Source: Tubulanus polymorphus (lineage: Eukaryota > Animalia > Nemertea). From it: 64,000 nt of DNA. The notes beneath the pieces were generated by a model, which was not told the DNA's origin, did no database searches, and was given only the letters and a program-made list of their open reading frames with translations. This document shows, piece by piece, positions 35,901 through 49,600 of this stretch. The stretch is taken from assembly GCF_964204645.1 (NCBI RefSeq), contig NC_134035.1, positions 7,472,451 to 7,536,450 of the forward strand, given 5' to 3'. Both the position numbers and the translations under genes were made by a program. The number at the start of each line of letters is the position of its first letter. Position 1 is the stretch's first letter.

Positions 35901-35942
35901 AGTACGGCGTCGTATGGATCATTAATCCACACCGACCTGTGA
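14308..35942 (+). CDS. Mega-thrombospondin-like multidomain extracellular protein (multi-exon, 5'-partial)
   Basis: About 40 phase-compatible exons read by eye, from 14308-14451 to 35616-35942, giving LRR, FN3-like, fibro-slime/PA14-like, cadherin, F5/8, Cys-rich, EGF, TSP type-3, TSP C-terminal and LamG domains. LRR+cadherin+discoidin+TSP core matches the described mega-TSP class. Confidence 0.85.
19291..21325 (+). CDS. Fibro-slime/PA14-like domain exons of mega-TSP
   Basis: Spliced motifs [59 protein letters not shown]. Confidence 0.72.
19489..19588. mobile_element. Small Harbinger-like MITE
   Basis: CTGGACCCAGCTCCACAGT...ACTGTGGAACCAGGTCCAG; inverted sister copy at 33852-33954. Confidence 0.75.
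20749..20836. repeat. Solo AGTAAT...ATTACT hairpin related to the Maverick termini
   Basis: AGTAATTGGAAAA...TTTTCCAATTACT with internal TTTCATACCAGAG, shared with 5370-5381. Confidence 0.6.
21424..24730 (+). CDS. Two cadherin-like repeats of mega-TSP
   Basis: [33 protein letters not shown] motifs. Confidence 0.85.
22357..22664. mobile_element. Palindromic MITE with internal TTCTCGCGCGAGAA repeats
   Basis: TATGGTGGCTGATTCGGGCCATACT...AGTATGGCCCGAATCAGCCACCATA, arms pair nearly to the centre. Confidence 0.85.
24873..26295 (+). CDS. F5/8 type C (discoidin) domain of mega-TSP
   Basis: RARLN, GGWTP...PWIEIDF...[27 protein letters not shown]. Confidence 0.9.
25588..26064. mobile_element. PIF/Harbinger-type MITE
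   Basis: TIR AGCCCAACGCACAC / GTGTGCGTTGGGCT with 3-bp TSD TCA on both sides. Confidence 0.85.
27063..29198 (+). CDS. Cys-rich (GCC2/GCC3-like) and EGF-like repeats of mega-TSP
   Basis: [56 protein letters not shown]. Confidence 0.88.
29521..32971 (+). CDS. Thrombospondin type-3 repeats and TSP C-terminal (L-lectin-like) domain
   Basis: DNCP...N..Q.D.D.D..GDAC repeats; [17 protein letters not shown]...YVVMW, LWHEP..IGW, IDSGDIY...GGRTG. Confidence 0.93.
31283..31973. mobile_element. Degenerate hAT-like MITE
   Basis: CAGGGATGGATCCAG ... CCCCCCTCTATATCCGTCCCTA imperfect TIRs; no clear TSD. Confidence 0.45.
33050..35105 (+). CDS. LamG/concanavalin-like domain of mega-TSP
   Basis: [25 protein letters not shown]...[25 protein letters not shown]. 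Confidence 0.85.
33852..33954. mobile_element. Small Harbinger-like MITE
   Basis: CTG-GACCCAGTTCCACAGT...ACTGTGGAACTGGGTC-CTG. Confidence 0.78.
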
Positions 35943-37016
35943 TACTTAGTTGAGCACCAATGATTCTAATTATAAAGAGGTTTTTCTAATTGATGTAAGA
36001 CGCACTTTTAGATTGAAACCGCTTTTAACCCCTCGACCGGAAGTGATTGTAGGAGGATGAGGTCTGTGTTGAGATGTGTACGTTAGCCAAGATGGCTGCC
36101 ACGGCCATATTTGTAGATCATTCATATTTCGGCCGAGAGTTATTGCTTGCGTAGCTCTAGTAGATTAATTGTCAGCAACGACGAAAATAAAGTGTTAAAA
36201 GTACTGTACTACAATTTCACATATTAGTTTTTGAGTTAGCAAATAACTATTGGACATAATCGAGTAAAACGATGCCAATGCAAGAAAGTCCAGTCTGTAA
36301 ATATCTTTCCCTTTGGTCGATCATCGATCGAACTGTCCGACTAACTTCGGTTGAAAGTTTGAGTAAACCGGTTCGGTGCTTTTAGTCCCCGTAGCGTAAA
36401 ACTCGCAGGATTTAGCCGCATCGCTTTGGTAACAATAAAAAAGCTCACATACTTAATGTTGTCCGGACGGAAAAATATCAAGAGTAGCGTATTATCGACT
36501 CAATTACGAGTTTCGCCATCAGAGGCATGGAAAAAGTACTGGAGTAACTCGATTTGTTCCATTCGCCAGGGATTTATATGTTACGATATAATGGTAGCAG
36601 GATGAAAGCCGGTACGGTTGAGACATCCCTGAGGTGTGCGTAAAATATACGCTCCACGAGTCATAATAGACTCACTTGTCAATTTCATATTGCAGTTACA
36701 TTTACGCTACTTAAATCGGTAGAGACCTGTTGACTGACTGACTGACTGAATTGACTGATCGGGATCGCTGCTGGTATATTGGTAATATCAATGCGGCGCT
36801 TATTTCATAATTGTACGATATGAATATCAGCCGAATAATGGACGTGCGGACGGAAGTGTCACAGGGGAAATATTAGATATTCTTTTATTTTCTTAAAACA
36901 TGTTTATAGTTTTTCAGGGAGAAATCCGTCGTATCGCCGAGTGCCAAAGAATCGTTCCGGCGATTTTTTCTTAGATTTTGAGCTTCAGGGCGATTTGGTG
37001 ACTAAAATGTAATATA

Positions 37017-37796
37017 CAGTGGAACCTGGTTATGTTGCGCAGATAGTTCAGTAGTTTAGATAAATGTATACGGAAGCTGGAGGCCATGGCCAGTGTTGTT
37101 ATTGCCAGATAACCTGCGTTGATGCGTACGTCATACATAAACATAAATATAAGTAATATAAATAAACAAGTCTGAAAGTGACGTATGTTTCTACGTAGGT
37201 AAACGTAATATGGTGCGGCCATGGACTCTGATGAGTGCAAAGGGATATTTATAGATAATTGTGACGTGTGCAGATACGTCATCACCCATACATGGATGGG
37301 AGGAATGTTGTGACGTATGAATACGTCAAATCCATAATTCCAAGCCATGTGTGGAAGAGGGCCTGCACACGTTACTAAAGATAAAATAACATAAAAGGGT
37401 TTAAGAAAGCTTTAGAGGGAGGCTGGAGAGAAGAGAGCTCCGGGGAATGATCCTGTGTACATCTCATAAGAGAAAATAAACGGAAAGATAACTTCAGAAA
37501 TTGTTAAGTTATATCCTGGAGCCGTGTAAGAAAGTCAAGAACAAGGACTGTGATCCGGCCTAAGAGAGTGTCCCTCGCAACATCGTCGAGAGAAGTCATT
37601 ACCACAACACTGGTAGATATACGCGACCGCAACAGTTACAGCGAACTTCACGGGACCAGAAAATACGTTCGTTATAACCGATAGTTCGTTATATCCAGTA
37701 TGCAATTAATCGAACTGTCTTATTTTGGACAAAATTCTATATTTGTTGTATCCGATGAATCGTTGTATCCAAGTTCGTTGTTACGAGGTTCCACTG
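37017..37796. mobile_element. Tc1/mariner-type MITE interrupted by a solo LTR
   Basis: TA-CAGTGGAACCT...AGGTTCCACTG-TA; internal GTTCGTTATA repeats. Confidence 0.85.
37033..37634. mobile_element. Solo LTR (602 bp, Gypsy-like 4-bp TSD)
   Basis: TGTTGCG...CGCAACA ends with GTTA on both sides; removal restores the MITE end; internal AATAAA. Confidence 0.85.
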
Positions 37797-38715
37797 TATT
37801 ACCCTTCTGATCATCGGGTGCAAGTCTTGTGCTCTATTTGTAGTTTTGCACTTTGAAATATTCGTTTGTACGTCGGAAACAGCTAAAAATAATTGATCCT
37901 AGACTATAAGGCGTTTATGGCGTCATAGTATGATATACATAGATATAATAGTGATTTCTAATCAAAATCTTGCAGCTGGGGCGCTTTGCCTTTCTGAGGC
38001 ACGTCCTGTTGTTTCTTTCTAGAACACTGCTAAGTTCTCGGGAGAAGCTTTCATACTGAATATACTTATACCGAAAAATACGTTTGGGCAATTGTTATTG
38101 TCTTATTTATCCGTTGACTTTCTTCGCTTACATCACGTCTGACAAAACTGTAAATAAACATAAGTATGTATTACGTTCATAATAGTTATGTTTATTCTAA
38201 AAGTATTTTGTTAGAATTTTCCTCTTTAAATGATGCTGAAACCGCTGTACCGGATCACCTGTCGATCGAGAAATTAATCTGATATGCGATTCGCTCTCAA
38301 TACACGTATACCTGTTCCCCACCGCTGAAGGTGGTAATATCATTGAGATGAGGAAATCACCGCGATATTCCGCGTAGCGTGTCTCGTATGAAAATTTACC
38401 CTCATCTTTTCACCATTGATCCAATTACTTAGTCGTATAGCGGATAAGGTGACGAGAACGTGTGCAGACGACGACAAGTGGAGGTGGCAGGCGGAAGACT
38501 GATGCAGTCATTTGACGGCAAAAAATGCTCGATTGGGGGCGATCCGGGATTCTGGTCTCCATCCACATTTAGCCACTGCAGCATGAAACGAAATGCATCA
38601 TCAATTAGCGCGTATTAATCTTTAGGGGAAATCTAACGGGTGAAACGAAAACGTCTCGAGTGTAATGACAATCGATGTGCAATCGAGGCGATTATTTGAA
38701 AGTCTGCAAATTGTT

Positions 38716-38806
38716 CTGGGGGCTAAATTCACGAAAGCTCGCGAAGACTAATTGGTTGGTAGTGTCAAACATTAACAATGCGAGCTTTCGGGAATCTGGC
38801 CTCTAG
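38716..38806. mobile_element. Small degenerate MITE
   Basis: GGCTAAATTCACGAAAGCTCGC...GCGAGCTTTCGGGAATCTGGCC. Confidence 0.55.
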
Positions 38807-39790
38807 TACAGTTCGTATAGACCTAACCTATAACAGACCTTCCAATGTCCAACATGCAATTCAGTAATGTATTGGGGATGCTAGTTACGACACTAAACCG
38901 CAGACACCTGATTACGCAATTGGATTAGTCGCAATCAACAGCGTAAGAATCCGAAGCCATCAACACTTGCCATCTGACTCTAAGAAGCGGGATACATAAA
39001 GACAGGTAATTTTTCATATAATCACAATATTGATTTTTCACGCCACCATTCCATTTTCATCATTGATAATGACAACTTTTGAATGAATTTCATCATCGGA
39101 TTCTGAATATCACGATGACCGAATCAGGGGGAGGGGGAGGGTTACGATAGCGATGGGATAAGTCAGTCGCTCGCGGGCTTCCATCACATGTGATGTTACC
39201 CGCACACATCGCGAGAAGACTTTTCTCAGCACTGATGGTGTAATCCGCTAGCCAGAAATGACACATCTAGAAGCACCCCACTCGCTTTAGTCATATGGGG
39301 GTTAACCGGCAAGCTTGTCCGTACAAATCCACCCTCTTGAATAAGGCCCGCTTGTTCCGGTGCTGTAAGTGGTTTTCAAGTCGCCATTAACCGCCATTTA
39401 GAGTCCATCGCAAGGCTTCTCGACTAAGAATCGGCCGTTTGACGAGATTTCCCAAGATCAATACCGACAAGCTCTTGATGCCGACATTAAAGTCGACAGG
39501 GGACGTATAATACGTGGCCAATAACGACGACTTACTGCCGGGTAATTTTTACCAATCAACGCTTTTTATTATGGATACCACTATAAATTGCTGAGACTCC
39601 GACGGCAATGATTTGATCTTGTGTTTACGAATAGGGGGGTCAATGAAATTGAGCAAACACTGCATTAACCATAGTTTATTGCTTGGATGAAAGCAATTAT
39701 TTCTAAACTGCCAATCTATTAATTGCAGGAAAGGGGAAAGTAACAGAGTCGTATACAAAGCCGGCGCTGCAGCGGCAGGGTCTTCGAGAA

Positions 39791-39939
<149 letters not shown>

Positions 39940-42900
39940 GCGTTAGTTCAGTCACATTGATTTCCCGTTACACAAAAATCCCAGTTAAGTATGTTTCCAA
40001 ATTAATTGCTAATTCTGGATAATGACGTCTTAAAGATAATGCACCCATTAAGTGAATTAGAATGCAACAGCGAGTCGCCTTGGGAAATTACTGAGTTTAG
40101 CTGAATGTGTTAAAATACGGAGAATAGTTCGTTAGCTACATAGAGTATAGAGCCTTGAATAAATCAGTAGAATAAGTAAAAGAAAACAGTCGACTCGCAG
40201 TCAAATATATGAAATGTTGAAATAGTGATCGCTGTCAAAATTCATATACATAAATCCGATTTTCTGGTAATAAGAAGAATAATTTCTCGTGTATATCTTC
40301 AACTAAAGACGATGTTATTCGCTAGTGTTAAGATGTTCCAAAATTTCCTTTAGTATTTGTATTGATGAAACAACGAGTTCAAAAAGTTTTTACCGAATTC
40401 GGCTTTCTGTGAAAATGTCTATATTGATAATATTATTGTTAGTTTGGGACACCTGGTACCTGCAAAGTGGGAATTTCATGAGGCAATACAAATACACATA
40501 TTATATGGTGGTAACAACAACCTCCAGATAGTTCTAGTATATAATATATCACACATACTTCAGGTACTTAAAAACATTTCCACAAGGATATATGACATAT
40601 ATGACATATCTCTTTGTAGAAACACTTTAACACAAGGTACAATCGCCGATTAACCAGGAGAGAACGGCCACTGAAGGCTTCCATCCAAGAAAACTGATAA
40701 TTCATATCAATTATTGCTTGGAAAGGGAATGAATTTGTCTTAATTTGGATTTGTTCAGTAATTTCCCGTGAAATTATTAAACCTCCAGCCAGAAAAGGTA
40801 ATAATAATGATCTTTATTTACATTGAAATTATAACATAATATAACACTCAGTTTTATACATAATTAGATAGATATATAAATATGTTATAAAAGTTATAAT
40901 ATCGATGAAGGTGCCCGAGAAGCGAAATGCTTAGGCAGGACATATCAAGACACAAAGGTATTGATCCTCAATCACAGCAATACAGCATCAATATACGGTC
41001 ATTATTATATGGAATCTTTAAATAACCTTATATAAATGCACTTGTAACTATGGCTATTCAATTTTTTATTCCTGTAGTTACATGTAGTCCATCACTGACT
41101 AGTAGTTTTCTACGTATATAGTAAATAGTTCAACCAACGAACAGCAAACGTCAATATACCTCGGATTTGTCTTACTTATATTCGTCTTATAAGACTAGGC
41201 CTTAGTCTTATAGCAAACGAACTTGCAGCAGACGTGTAGAGTTATGGTATTAGCGGACACGACCAAGGATTTGGTGCTGACTTGTGTAAAGACGTCGATT
41301 AATTCGTATATTGTATATTAACTGAATTACACTGATTGTACGATAGAATATGATTCAATCTGTGGTCGAGTCGCTTTTAATTACGGTCGAAGCCATACAA
41401 ATTCCTAACCAGACTAGCTCGTATCCGTTAATTAAAGACGCCATTGCCATCGCCAGTGTGCGAGGTACACATACATTGACTTTATACCTCGAAATAGAGA
41501 CGAGTTTATATAAAATTCAAACCTATTTTCAACAAATCAATACGCCTTAAAAGACGTTTCCTTTTCATTGAACTTATCTGCATTTTGAGGCCTACACCAG
41601 AAAGGATCATGATATACATGAATAACCTTACTCAAATGGATTTTTACATTTTCTTGTACTACGAGATGATAATGATATTTTGTTTTTGCTTCGTTATTGC
41701 ATCTTATTACCGAAAAATTATCTATACTTTCATTGACCTCAGAAACCTGACTTGCTCCCCCAAAGAACAAAAAGTATTTTGTTACATTCAATTATTATGT
41801 TGTCGATTTATAGCGTAGTTCATATGGAGTATTGTGTTTTGTTTTTATCGGGTGAAATATAATTTTCGGTAGTAGTTGCGTTCATAACGAGTTGCACGCA
41901 GCTGGTCTTCGAATTTTCATAATGACGTCAAAGAAGTGGCTGTCGATTTATTGAAACTGAGCGTACATTTGCCGGTGTTAAATTCTAATCATTCGTTCGA
42001 TGTGTGGTCTATTCCGGAAATCGGAACCGTTCGACAAACACAAAAGCTGCCGCAAACATTCGCCGTGATTTTTCATTTTGATCGACGAATGCTTGAATAT
42101 AAATTGGACAGTGCACGCCAAAGATTGGTAAAAATGTCTAGCTGTACGATGAACGACGGCAGTAATTGTATCACCAGGAATTTCGTTTTCAAATGAATAA
42201 CAGTGTAATATATAGATATTATTCAGAGTAGATATCAATGATGTGTTAATATCAAATGAAGGCTTGCTTTGTAGTAAAAGTTAGCTCGAAGAAGAAACCC
42301 CAATCATGATACATCAAAAATGCGGGTTTAGTGACTTTTCGAACCAATTGTGAGTGGGTTTTATCAAGGGTTTCTTTTCAAAGACAGCCGCTTGTCCATG
42401 GAAACCAATGCAGTTATCTTTGAAGCAACAGCAAGCTACCAACTCAATCAATGACTGAAGTTAAACGCTGATTTGAGAATTTCTTTAATGTACTGTCTAC
42501 TCGGGATCTCCTCTTGGATCCTATTTGAAAATTTGATGCGGTTAAAAATAACGATATCTTAAGAGATAATTTAGACATTCAAAGTCTAGACATTTATTAT
42601 CGGAAAAAAACGATCTTAGCAGCAGATTTTACTCGATTCGTTTCAGATCTTTTAATCTAAAAGCTTTAACGATGCTTTTTGCGTCTTTTTGAATTAGATC
42701 TGGATCAATTTCCATGACTGGCAATATACGTTTGTTTTATTGATGAATCGCCGGGAGAGTCTGGGCTATCTTTCAAAAATGACGATCCTCGCGCGTCTAT
42801 CAAAGTAGTTGAATCAATCCCAGTAGGACGGTGGTTATCCATCCTTCGCGTTTAATACACGATATATTAATCGTCGTTCGTTTTCCCATCGGAATCGGCG

Positions 42901-43549
42901 GGGCTTATTACTGACGACGATATTTGGCATTCGAATTCGCAGCTGCCGCGTACGCGAAAATCCTCATTTTTATAAATACGCAAATAAAAGAGGCAATTAA
43001 TCAGTAGAGCCACGAGGTAGTCACATATCTCTCGTAGAGAACGGGTCTGCTTGGGAATCGTTCACTACCCAGTGGAATAAGGCTATCATTTTGATTGCAT
43101 TAATTAATGTTTTTTTGTGGTCTCTCTGTACAGCTCGGTATTGCATCAGCAACATATTCTTTCGAACATAGGCGTACATATGTACACGCATTAATGTCAT
43201 GTATAAAGACAATTATGTTGGTCGCCTCTTTATCATTCTTCGGTAAAAGTTTCCATTTACTAAACTCTAAATCGGGTAACGCGGACGAATGGGATTTGGC
43301 TACACGCAAATGATCATCTCTTTTCGTATTATTCATCGGAAAGCGAACAATTAATATACACATAATATCTACAACATAGAGCCAGCTCTTATAGTCGCGA
43401 TCACGTGTGTTCTAATTAGTTTTCATCAATTTATCTTCGTTGGTCGATATTTTCTGATATAGACGTCTGAAGGCAAATTACGTAGCTAGATTCTGGACCC
43501 GGTTTCACAGTTGTTGGTTAAGTTTGACCAATTCATTTCCCTGTCTTGT

Positions 43550-43640
43550 GTCCGTGGCTCGGTGGATAAGGTGTTGGGCCGGTGGATAAGGTGTTGGCCA
43601 TATCTTAGGGTGTGGTTTCGAATCCTGGTTAAACCATGCT
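43550..43640 (+). mobile_element. tRNA-derived SINE head (degenerate)
   Basis: A-box-like GTGGCTCGGTGG (partly duplicated) and B-box-like GTTTCGAATCC; no complete cloverleaf. Confidence 0.4.
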
Positions 43641-46600
43641 CAGGCAGGACATATAATAGTAGTGTTTTCCCAACACACTGATCCAAAAATCAAAAGTCGT
43701 CGGTTGATGTTGACTAAAAAAACACGAACTGTTTTATGTATTATGTATGATTGTTGATTCGGATCACAGCGCAAAATTCCATAATGAAAGGCAAATAAGT
43801 CAGAACGTCAGAACAAGAAAATAATCCGTTCCGCTGAGCGAAACCCAGAATTTTTTGTTTTCCCTCTTTTTATGTTTCTAAACGGGGACTAATCCCTTTC
43901 ATTTATTTGATTGATTGATACCAATTGTTTAGTATTTTTGATAGATTAAGTCGAATTAACAATTGAAGTAGCGCCTCGCAAAAACTGAATTGTGTCTTGG
44001 GGACAAAAATCGTAACCCTTCGATCGAACTCTCACATGTTACGTCATGTGTATCGGTTCCTCGTTGATATACACATATATATGTATATGATAAGTAGATT
44101 ATCATCGCCACAAATGTTCTCTCTGCAGCGTGAGGGCGAAATCAACTCGCCAGTGCGCGAGAGCGGTGGAAAACTAGCGAGCGAACGAACGAACGAACAT
44201 GAAGTCGGGATGGCTTGGACATGCACGCCGATCTAGCGGGATCTATTAATATGTGATGTTACCAGAGATAAAAACCATGTTGCAACAAGTATCTAAACTG
44301 AGCCAAAGCTTGTTAGACAATTAACCCTCGATCAAACATACCGCACCAACTAACAGTCGGAGTAGCAGCAGGTTGGGGTTTATACACAGGTAAGATTTGG
44401 ACATTTCTTTAGGGTTCAGTTCCCGACTTAAAGTCTGAATATCTCATAGCGCCTCGGATCTTATTTGTTACCTCGGTTGTTTTTAAATTATATTCTAAAG
44501 CAAAATATATATTTTGCAGTGGCCCTATCTTTTTTCAACTCATTAATGAGGGCATCAGACAGTTTAGCGATCTTCAGGCGACAAACGCATCTATGGTACT
44601 TACATGTACATAGTGTCTTAGATCACATCATGAAGGGACAGGTGCTATAAATACACTAATAATGATGATAATAATGAGATCTATCTTCTACATTTTCTAA
44701 TTGTCTACCACAAGTTTATTTAGTCATGTAGTTATAGAATCCTCGACATAGTTCACGACATACGTTACATCGGTCCAGGGACGGACCTATCCAAAACATA
44801 ATCAATTCATTGGCAATTAAACAATTCTCGAATTTACAAGTCTCGATACATCTCAATTTACTAAGGCGGGATGGCTCGACAAATATCAATCATGTACTAT
44901 ATCGTACGAGATACTCCACCGCCGACTGTGATGATCGCAAAGATACGTCATTAGAATGGAAGTCCGAACAAGGAAAACGATGCCAGATCTCTTCTAAGAT
45001 TCAATTGAAACAATTTTCACTAATTCATTGTATGGTCCATAGAAATATTGCCCAATTTACCTTAGATATCAATCCGAGAATATTCAGAGAAATCATTTGC
45101 CATTTTTTATATAGGCGGCTAATTGTTTTGATTGGAAGTAATTAAAAAAACAAACTAAAATGAACTAAGTTTTGAGTTGTCTGGCGTTTCATTTTACAAT
45201 ATTTTGTATTTTCTATTATGTCATAGATTAAATCATAAATGAAATATGTACGGCTTGTGGTATAGCCATGTCGAATCGGGTTATTGCCCAGGTATTTTGA
45301 ATATACTCTTAAAAAGTACATTTCAATTTCCTGTCAGTGACATTCGAGTGTTTCGTTCAACGGATTTTCATTATCCGTGAAAACCGAACAATGTAACAAA
45401 TGGATGAGTTCTTGAAAGAGAACCTGATTTCCTACTTCCCGAGTAATTATTGCTTTTTCCAATAGACTGAACATAAGAAATAATGCTGCTATTGTATATG
45501 CTATCTTTTAGTATGGTTCTGATTGCGGTGTTATCTTCAATTTATCTGTATAGATGTGCCTCGAGTTCAAGTAAGAATAGGAATTAAACTGTTTTGGACC
45601 ATAGTGCAGACATTCATGAATTGAATAATGGAAGAGATTTTCTTCTGAAGAATTTTTGCTAGATTTTCTACTCTCAAACTTTCTCCGTAGTTTGATTCTC
45701 GTAATTAATACCGTGGACTATAAGCGAATAGTCCATGTTGATAAACAGACCTGTAGCATAACTTTCGGACGACATTTTGGAAAACATTTCGGCTATATTT
45801 TAACAGCCATTTTCAGGTACACGCAACTGATGTACAGTTTTCTTTTGGCGAAAGATTCTGACGTCTCCTAGAGATTATTCAAAACGTTTTTCCTAATTCC
45901 TGCTAATCAATCTAAAAAAGAAATAAATCCATAATTATTGGTCCAGGCTAGTCGTTTGCCAAGATTTATCTTCTTTATTGGAAATAAAAATCCAAGACCT
46001 AGTTGCAAGAGAGGTCGGTAAATTCTAAAACTGGTCTTAAGTTGATAAACTGACGATAGAATCAGTCTCACACTGTCCTAAGCCTTGTCAGTGAAATGGC
46101 CGCTTATCTAATATTCGACGTGTTTAGTTAAACGTTAGACGAGTAGTTTGTTGCGATGGCTCGGTCACGTCTATCCGCGCCTGATCGGTTCAGGTGTTCG
46201 GATATTATCGATGTGGCGTTGATATTTCGGTATACCTGAGAAATCCAGTTTACGCGTTGATATAACCGGCTTTCGGTATCGACGCGGACGCTATGTTGAT
46301 AATAGAGGATCTCGGCACAATTTGGGAAATGATTGTCGTCTGGAAGCTCGGCGGCGCATTGTCTCCGGTCGATAAGGGATGTGGTCAGCGGTCTCAAGAG
46401 GCCGGAATGATCTCGAATGCGTTCTCAACAATCGATGATCGTCGATACTAACACGCAACTGGTTGGAGAAGAGGGTATCATGTGGCGACTATTTATTTCG
46501 GAGTACCCAAGAAAGTACCGTTTCCAAAGACTTATTCAAGTCAGCCATTACCGCATGGTATAGAGAGAATCGAGTCAATCGATCCCCAGAAAGCATAATC

Positions 46601-49600
46601 GAAACTCGGCTATTTAGCATCTTCGCACAATGTCCTACGAGTTTATGCTCCCGAAAATATGCTGTCCAGTAGTTAGTAGTAGCTAGTAATCTTATTTTAG
46701 ATAGAAGTTGCTAGTAATCGTAATTTTTTGATTTAGGAAATCATTAAACGAGTACTTTTCTCATGTAGATGTTTTCAACCATAAATATAGGTCACATAGG
46801 CTAAGAACCAGAACCGAATTTCCAATTATGTACTTCGATTTGAAAAAAATTCCGTTGACTCGACCGCCGATCACACAACTATATCTGTGCTTCGATTTCC
46901 GATTTCAAAATCAAACCCCCTGTTTCGCTCCCGGCAGGTGGGGTGGGTCTGTAAGGGACACTCAACCGAAAAATCAAACGAAATTTACCAGCCAAATAGA
47001 TAACGGGGACAATCCCTATTGTAAGATCAAAAACGATACCTCGTTTCTCCGCAGCGGCTCGGTCACTTTTGCGAACTACAATAAAATTTGTAATCAGTTC
47101 ATTTCTAAATAGCTGCTGGGTCTGTTATGGTTAGACTGATGATGATTTCTGTTTAAGTTATGTACAGGGATAGAGTGGTGGACGGCCGGGTCAACTTATA
47201 AGCTCAGCGGAGGTAGAAACAAGGTATCGATTTCTTTTAGCCAAATAACCATAAAAAGATATAATCAATAATCACAACAATATTGATCTCATTATTTTTG
47301 AGATTTCTTTCGCATATCTCCATGTCCGGTGAAATGGCGCTTTGCAGTGGGAAATCCCCAGAGCGTAATCTCAAACTCAAGTGATTGAAAATCAGTTGTT
47401 TTGAAATATATTGAAAAATTCAAAATGCAGACTCAAATCCAAAAAAGGTCCTGAACCTCTGAAAATATTGGGAATACAGATTTTAAAGATACTAAGATAT
47501 AAGGGACGAATATTTTGACGCGCGGTAAAATTATGCGGTCCTTGGTGTTATATCAATTGATGCGACCGCAAAGCAATAGAATCAACAACAAAAATCTACA
47601 TTTAATTTCCTTTCGAATGATGTATGAATAACGTTTATCAAGCAAGGGACTACAGAGCCAATTGATATACAATCAAAATTGTTGTTTCAAGAGAGAAGTA
47701 TCGCATCAATCGGGACCTCGAGGGACCGTCGCAATGTGGCGACTAGAAACTGAAAACTTCTTTATTGCCCATGTGAAGAATCTGCATTGATTTGAATGTC
47801 AACGCGTACAATTTAATGGACTCCACCCAGGGGTATAGGGATCCTGCCAATAACCACATGAACCTTGTTTGACGGCTTTGATCAACTCTTACCACAACCA
47901 TTGTCCTAGAAGGGGGAAGTGGCCCTCTCTTGTGCCACAAAATGTGAATGGGGTTCCTGGGCAGACCGGGAATGGGAATGGAATTGTCCTTTATAGTTCG
48001 CTCCGTAACCAGTAACGATAAAAATCATGCATTACAAAACAAATCAATGAATGTCGGCGCTGACGTTGGCAAAACCACTTGCAAATCGCCGACACGGAAA
48101 GTTCATTAAACGAGCACAGGTAAGCGCGGTAAGACAACCCGACCTCGATCGATTTTGCAAGAGCTCTCTAATTGGTCTTCTCACCGCATTATACAACAAA
48201 TATTGCCCTATCTCTACAGCCCTGGCCAAACCCTCAGAGTTAATGCATTACGTTTCAAAAACCGAGATCAGGTCAAGCTGAAAGGACCGTTAGCGTTTGA
48301 AATTGATTTAATGTATTTATGAATTATCTCTACACGAAGACTATTGAATAGTTATATTATTTAACCAATGGTTAGGACTTAGTTCATTTTCGATAAATTC
48401 AGAATCAAATCTAACTATCGCGCTTAAACTGTTGGTTATTGTAGTTGCTTACTAAATGCAGGGAAGCAATTCCCTCCTCGCTCACGAAGGAAAATTCTAT
48501 TAATTCTTATTCTAAGTGACGTAATTTGCTGATATTTTTGTTGTTGTTGTTGTTGCTGTTGAAATTGGGCCTTGTCTTGAGCCTCATTGTCACCGTACCC
48601 GTGATAAATAAAATGTATGTTCAATCCGAATAATCATCAGCACTTGAATATCGTACTTTGCTTTCGATATTAATCATTTTCGTAGGCACATTTTCAAGAG
48701 CTTACTTTAAGTGGTCGTTGAATTATTGGAATTTACATCATTCTCACGCTATATGCCGCGTCGGTTTTTAAGAAATCGTTCTCGTGTCATGTCAGTGTGT
48801 ATCAGCTTGTTTCATATATCGGTATACATGTTTAAAAGAAAAAGGTATAATTTTTTGATTGATTGATTTTATTTTCATGGAACATAATTTGATATAATTA
48901 TTTATCTTACAAAATACCACAATGAACTATGGAGGACTCGTCCAGAGCCTGAAGGCTGTAGCTCTGGACAGAGCGGATGGATGATGACAATGATACAAAT
49001 GTCAATATTATACAGCTTATCCATGGTATGCTATTTTCAAAACAACATACAACATACAATAGTAATACTACAATACCTATTATATAACATAAACAGACCA
49101 TGATAGAATATTTGAGGGGGAGGGGATGAATATTCAATATATATTGATGAGCTGTTTTTTTTGTAGAGCCGGGTGAATGAATGAATTGGTGGAGATTTTC
49201 TAATTTTGTTATCGATTGTTTGCCAAATGACCGGAACTTTGTTCTGGAATTTTTGCCTGGAATTTTTAGAAGTCACTGGGAAACCCGGAGTTCCAGGTCA
49301 GAATACATTCCGTCGTGGGTAGAGTTGCACAGCATTCATACTTGAAATGGTAGCGGAATTTGTAATTATTTTTTCGTGGCTGGATGTACAATGCTTTCAC
49401 AAACATACGTGACAGAACACAAAATCCCCAGAAAAACCAATCGATATTGTATTTGCTAAGCGAAACAAACTTGCGTTATGGACGATACATATCTCTGTAA
49501 TAGTGTAAACATATTAATAGTAAACAGAAAAACTCATTTGGGGGATACTCGAGACGCGTATTCATAGTTGAATCCTCAGCTTAAGAAAACTCCCTTTGGT

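Noticed and set aside
44120-48130. Strong donor sites (CAG|GTAAG at ~44389 and ~48119) as 5' UTR exons of the GFR-alpha-like gene
   Set aside because: Plausible but unsupported without transcript data.
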